From assembly GCA_040768745.1 (NCBI GenBank), contig JAXGMI010000002.1:480001-544000 (forward strand): a stretch of DNA of 64,000 bases, written 5' to 3'. This stretch comes from Desulfomicrobium sp. (GTDB lineage Bacteria; Desulfobacterota; Desulfovibrionia; Desulfovibrionales; Desulfomicrobiaceae). Shown here in pieces: positions 62,208-64,000 of this stretch. The translations under genes were made by a program, and so were the position numbers. A model generated the notes under the pieces. It was not told where the DNA came from. It did not search any database and saw only the letters and a list, made by a program, of their open reading frames with translations. The first letter of the stretch is position 1; every line of letters starts with the position of its first letter.

Positions 62208-64000
62208 CTATTCGTTGCGCAAGAATGGGGCGGCTTTGCGGCCCAGCACCCGCCAGGTTCCCAGCAGCCCCATGACCAGGGACAAGGATACACCCGCGAG
62301 CACGGTCAGCGCGCCGACACCGAAGTCCGGAGTAAAACGCATGCGCAGGAGCCCCTGCACCACCCCCCATGCGGTAAGGGTGCCCAGCGCCAGGCTGCCC
62401 ATGCCAGTGAACAGACCGGCCAGGGAGAATTCGGCAACAAGGATGGCCAGGATATCCCGGCGGGTTGCCCCGCAAACCTTGTAGATGACGCTGTCGTAGA
62501 TGCGGCGGTGCTGATCCGCCGAAAACGCCCCGGCCAGGACCAGAAAGCCGACGAGCAGCGCCACACCGGCCATGACCTGAAAGATCCGCACTGTCCGCGA
62601 CATGAGCCGGGCCGCGCTGTCGAGCACCTCGCGGATGGTGACCACGGCCACCTCGGGAAAGGCCTCGGTGGCGCGGGCGAAAAGAGTCTCTTGGCGGTCC
62701 GTGCCGTAGGCGGCACCGAGCCAGGACTGTGGGGCGTTGTCCAGTGCCCCGGGGGAGAAGATGATGGCGAACTGCATGGCCAGGGTCTGCCAGTTCACCT
62801 CCCGGATACTGGCGATGGTCCCGGTCAGATTGCGGCCCAGGATGTTGACGGTCAACGTATCCCCCAGATCGACCCCGAATCCCTTGGCCAGATCCGAGGT
62901 CAGGGAAATGAGCGGCGGGCCGGAATAGCCCTTCTCCCACCATGTGCCCCGCAGCAGGGTGCTGCCGGCAGGAAAATCCTCGCTGTACGACAGTCCCCTG
63001 TCCCCGCGCACGGCCCAGGCCACGTCCTCGCTGACCGTGGCGTTTTCCACCGGGGTCTGTCCGATGCGTACGATGCGTCCCCGGACCATGGGCCGCAGAT
63101 CCAGGCGGGATACGCCAGGGGTACTCAGAACCAGAGAGCGGAAATTCTCAACCTGATCGGGCCGGACATCCATGAAAAAAAAGGTTGGGGCCTCCTGGGA
63201 TAGTTCCGCCGAGATCGTTCTGGAAAGACTGGCGTTGACCATGACCACGCCCACCAGGGCTGTCAGCCCGAAACCCAGGGCAAAGACGAGACTGACGCCG
63301 GGCGAGCCAGGGCGGTGGATGTTGGCCACGCCGATGCGCCAGCTCGGCCAGGGCAGCTGCGGGGCCCTGCCCGCCAGCCAGCGGATTGCCTTGGCCATCC
63401 CCTTGAACAGGACATACGCCAGAAGTGTTCCCCCAATGAACCATGTTGAAAGCCTGGGGTTGTCCGCGAACCAGAAAACCATTGCCCCCAGCAGGATGAA
63501 GGCCGCGGCGGTGGGCAGGGCGGCGGCCCTGGGCATCCGTTCGAGATCGGCAGAAACATATCCGCGAAAAATGCCCGAAGGTCTGACCATGACCGCTCGG
63601 AAGAGCGGGGGCATGGAAAAAGCCATGGTGGTGACCAGTCCGAAAAGGGCGGCCTGCAGAAGTGGACCGAAATAAATACCACTGCGGACCTGGATGGGCA
63701 GAATGTCGTCGAAAAAACGGGCCCCGACCCACGGCACCAGGCTCCCCCCGATTATCCCGGCGCAGGCCCCCAGGAACCCGAGAACCATGACCTGGAGGAG
63801 ATAGGAGGCAAACAGGACCCGACCCGATCCCCCCATGCACTTCATGGCAGCCATGTGCGTCAACCTGCCGCCCAAATAGCCGCGTACCCCTCCGGCGATG
63901 CCCAGCCCGCCCACCAGCAGCGCGCCCAAACCGACCAGGGTCAGGTCAACGCTGAGCCTTTCGAGCACAGTGCGCACGCGCGGAGCAGCATGGGCGTAAT
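62208..64000 (-). CDS. ABC transporter permease, YbbP/FtsX-like (5' end truncated by window edge)
   Basis: Repeated FtsX-type transmembrane blocks, APTFFFMDV and GDTLTVNILGR..IASIREVNW. Confidence 0.85.
   Translation of the reverse strand, partial: YAHAAPRVRTVLERLSVDLTLVGLGALLVGGLGIAGGVRGYLGGRLTHMAAMKCMGGSGRVLFASYLLQVMVLGFLGACAGIIGGSLVPWVGARFFDDILPIQVRSGIYFGPLLQAALFGLVTTMAFSMPPLFRAVMVRPSGIFRGYVSADLERMPRAAALPTAAAFILLGAMVFWFADNPRLSTWFIGGTLLAYVLFKGMAKAIRWLAGRAPQLPWPSWRIGVANIHRPGSPGVSLVFALGFGLTALVGVVMVNASLSRTISAELSQEAPTFFFMDVRPDQVENFRSLVLSTPGVSRLDLRPMVRGRIVRIGQTPVENATVSEDVAWAVRGDRGLSYSEDFPAGSTLLRGTWWEKGYSGPPLISLTSDLAKGFGVDLGDTLTVNILGRNLTGTIASIREVNWQTLAMQFAIIFSPGALDNAPQSWLGAAYGTDRQETLFARATEAFPEVAVVTIREVLDSAARLMSRTVRIFQVMAGVALLVGFLVLAGAFSADQHRRIYDSVIYKVCGATRRDILAILVAEFSLAGLFTGMGSLALGTLTAWGVVQGLLRMRFTPDFGVGALTVLAGVSLSLVMGLLGTWRVLGRKAAPFLRNE

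Overview
GC-rich bacterial chromosomal window. Gene content (sirC-ccsA-hemA, periplasmic CbiK with an anaerobic cbi operon, ispG-proS-xseA-xseB-ispA-dxs) suggests a sulfate-reducing deltaproteobacterium of the Desulfovibrionales/Desulfomicrobium type; this is inference. Layout: (i) 1-7.9 kb housekeeping genes: pssA, psd, two glycosyltransferases, sirC-ccsA-hemA, tilS. (ii) 8.0-27.6 kb an accessory catabolic/uptake region with two separately regulated modules. One has a PrpR-like sigma-54 activator, a tripartite tricarboxylate transporter and an amidohydrolase. The other has a NarL-type regulator, an orphan family-5 solute-binding protein, a TorS-like sensor kinase, a second amidohydrolase, an M20 hydrolase and a TRAP transporter with two paralogous DctP genes. 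(iii) 27.9-38.6 kb a cobalamin-riboswitch-controlled cbiK/ABC/cbi operon with a CbiF-CbiG fusion. (iv) 38.6-50 kb mixed genes, including a palindromic MITE-like element and a stand-alone trpB. Upstream of trpB is an unannotated Trp-Trp leader peptide with a complete terminator/antiterminator attenuator, the strongest hidden signal found. (v) 50-60 kb an isoprenoid/proS operon containing an ADP-ribosylglycohydrolase-like gene whose metal-binding motifs are degenerate. (vi) a CysH-like gene, an OFA-family MFS transporter and a partial ABC permease. No rRNA, tRNA, CRISPR array, integrase or transposase was seen. All family calls are by motif recognition, not database search.
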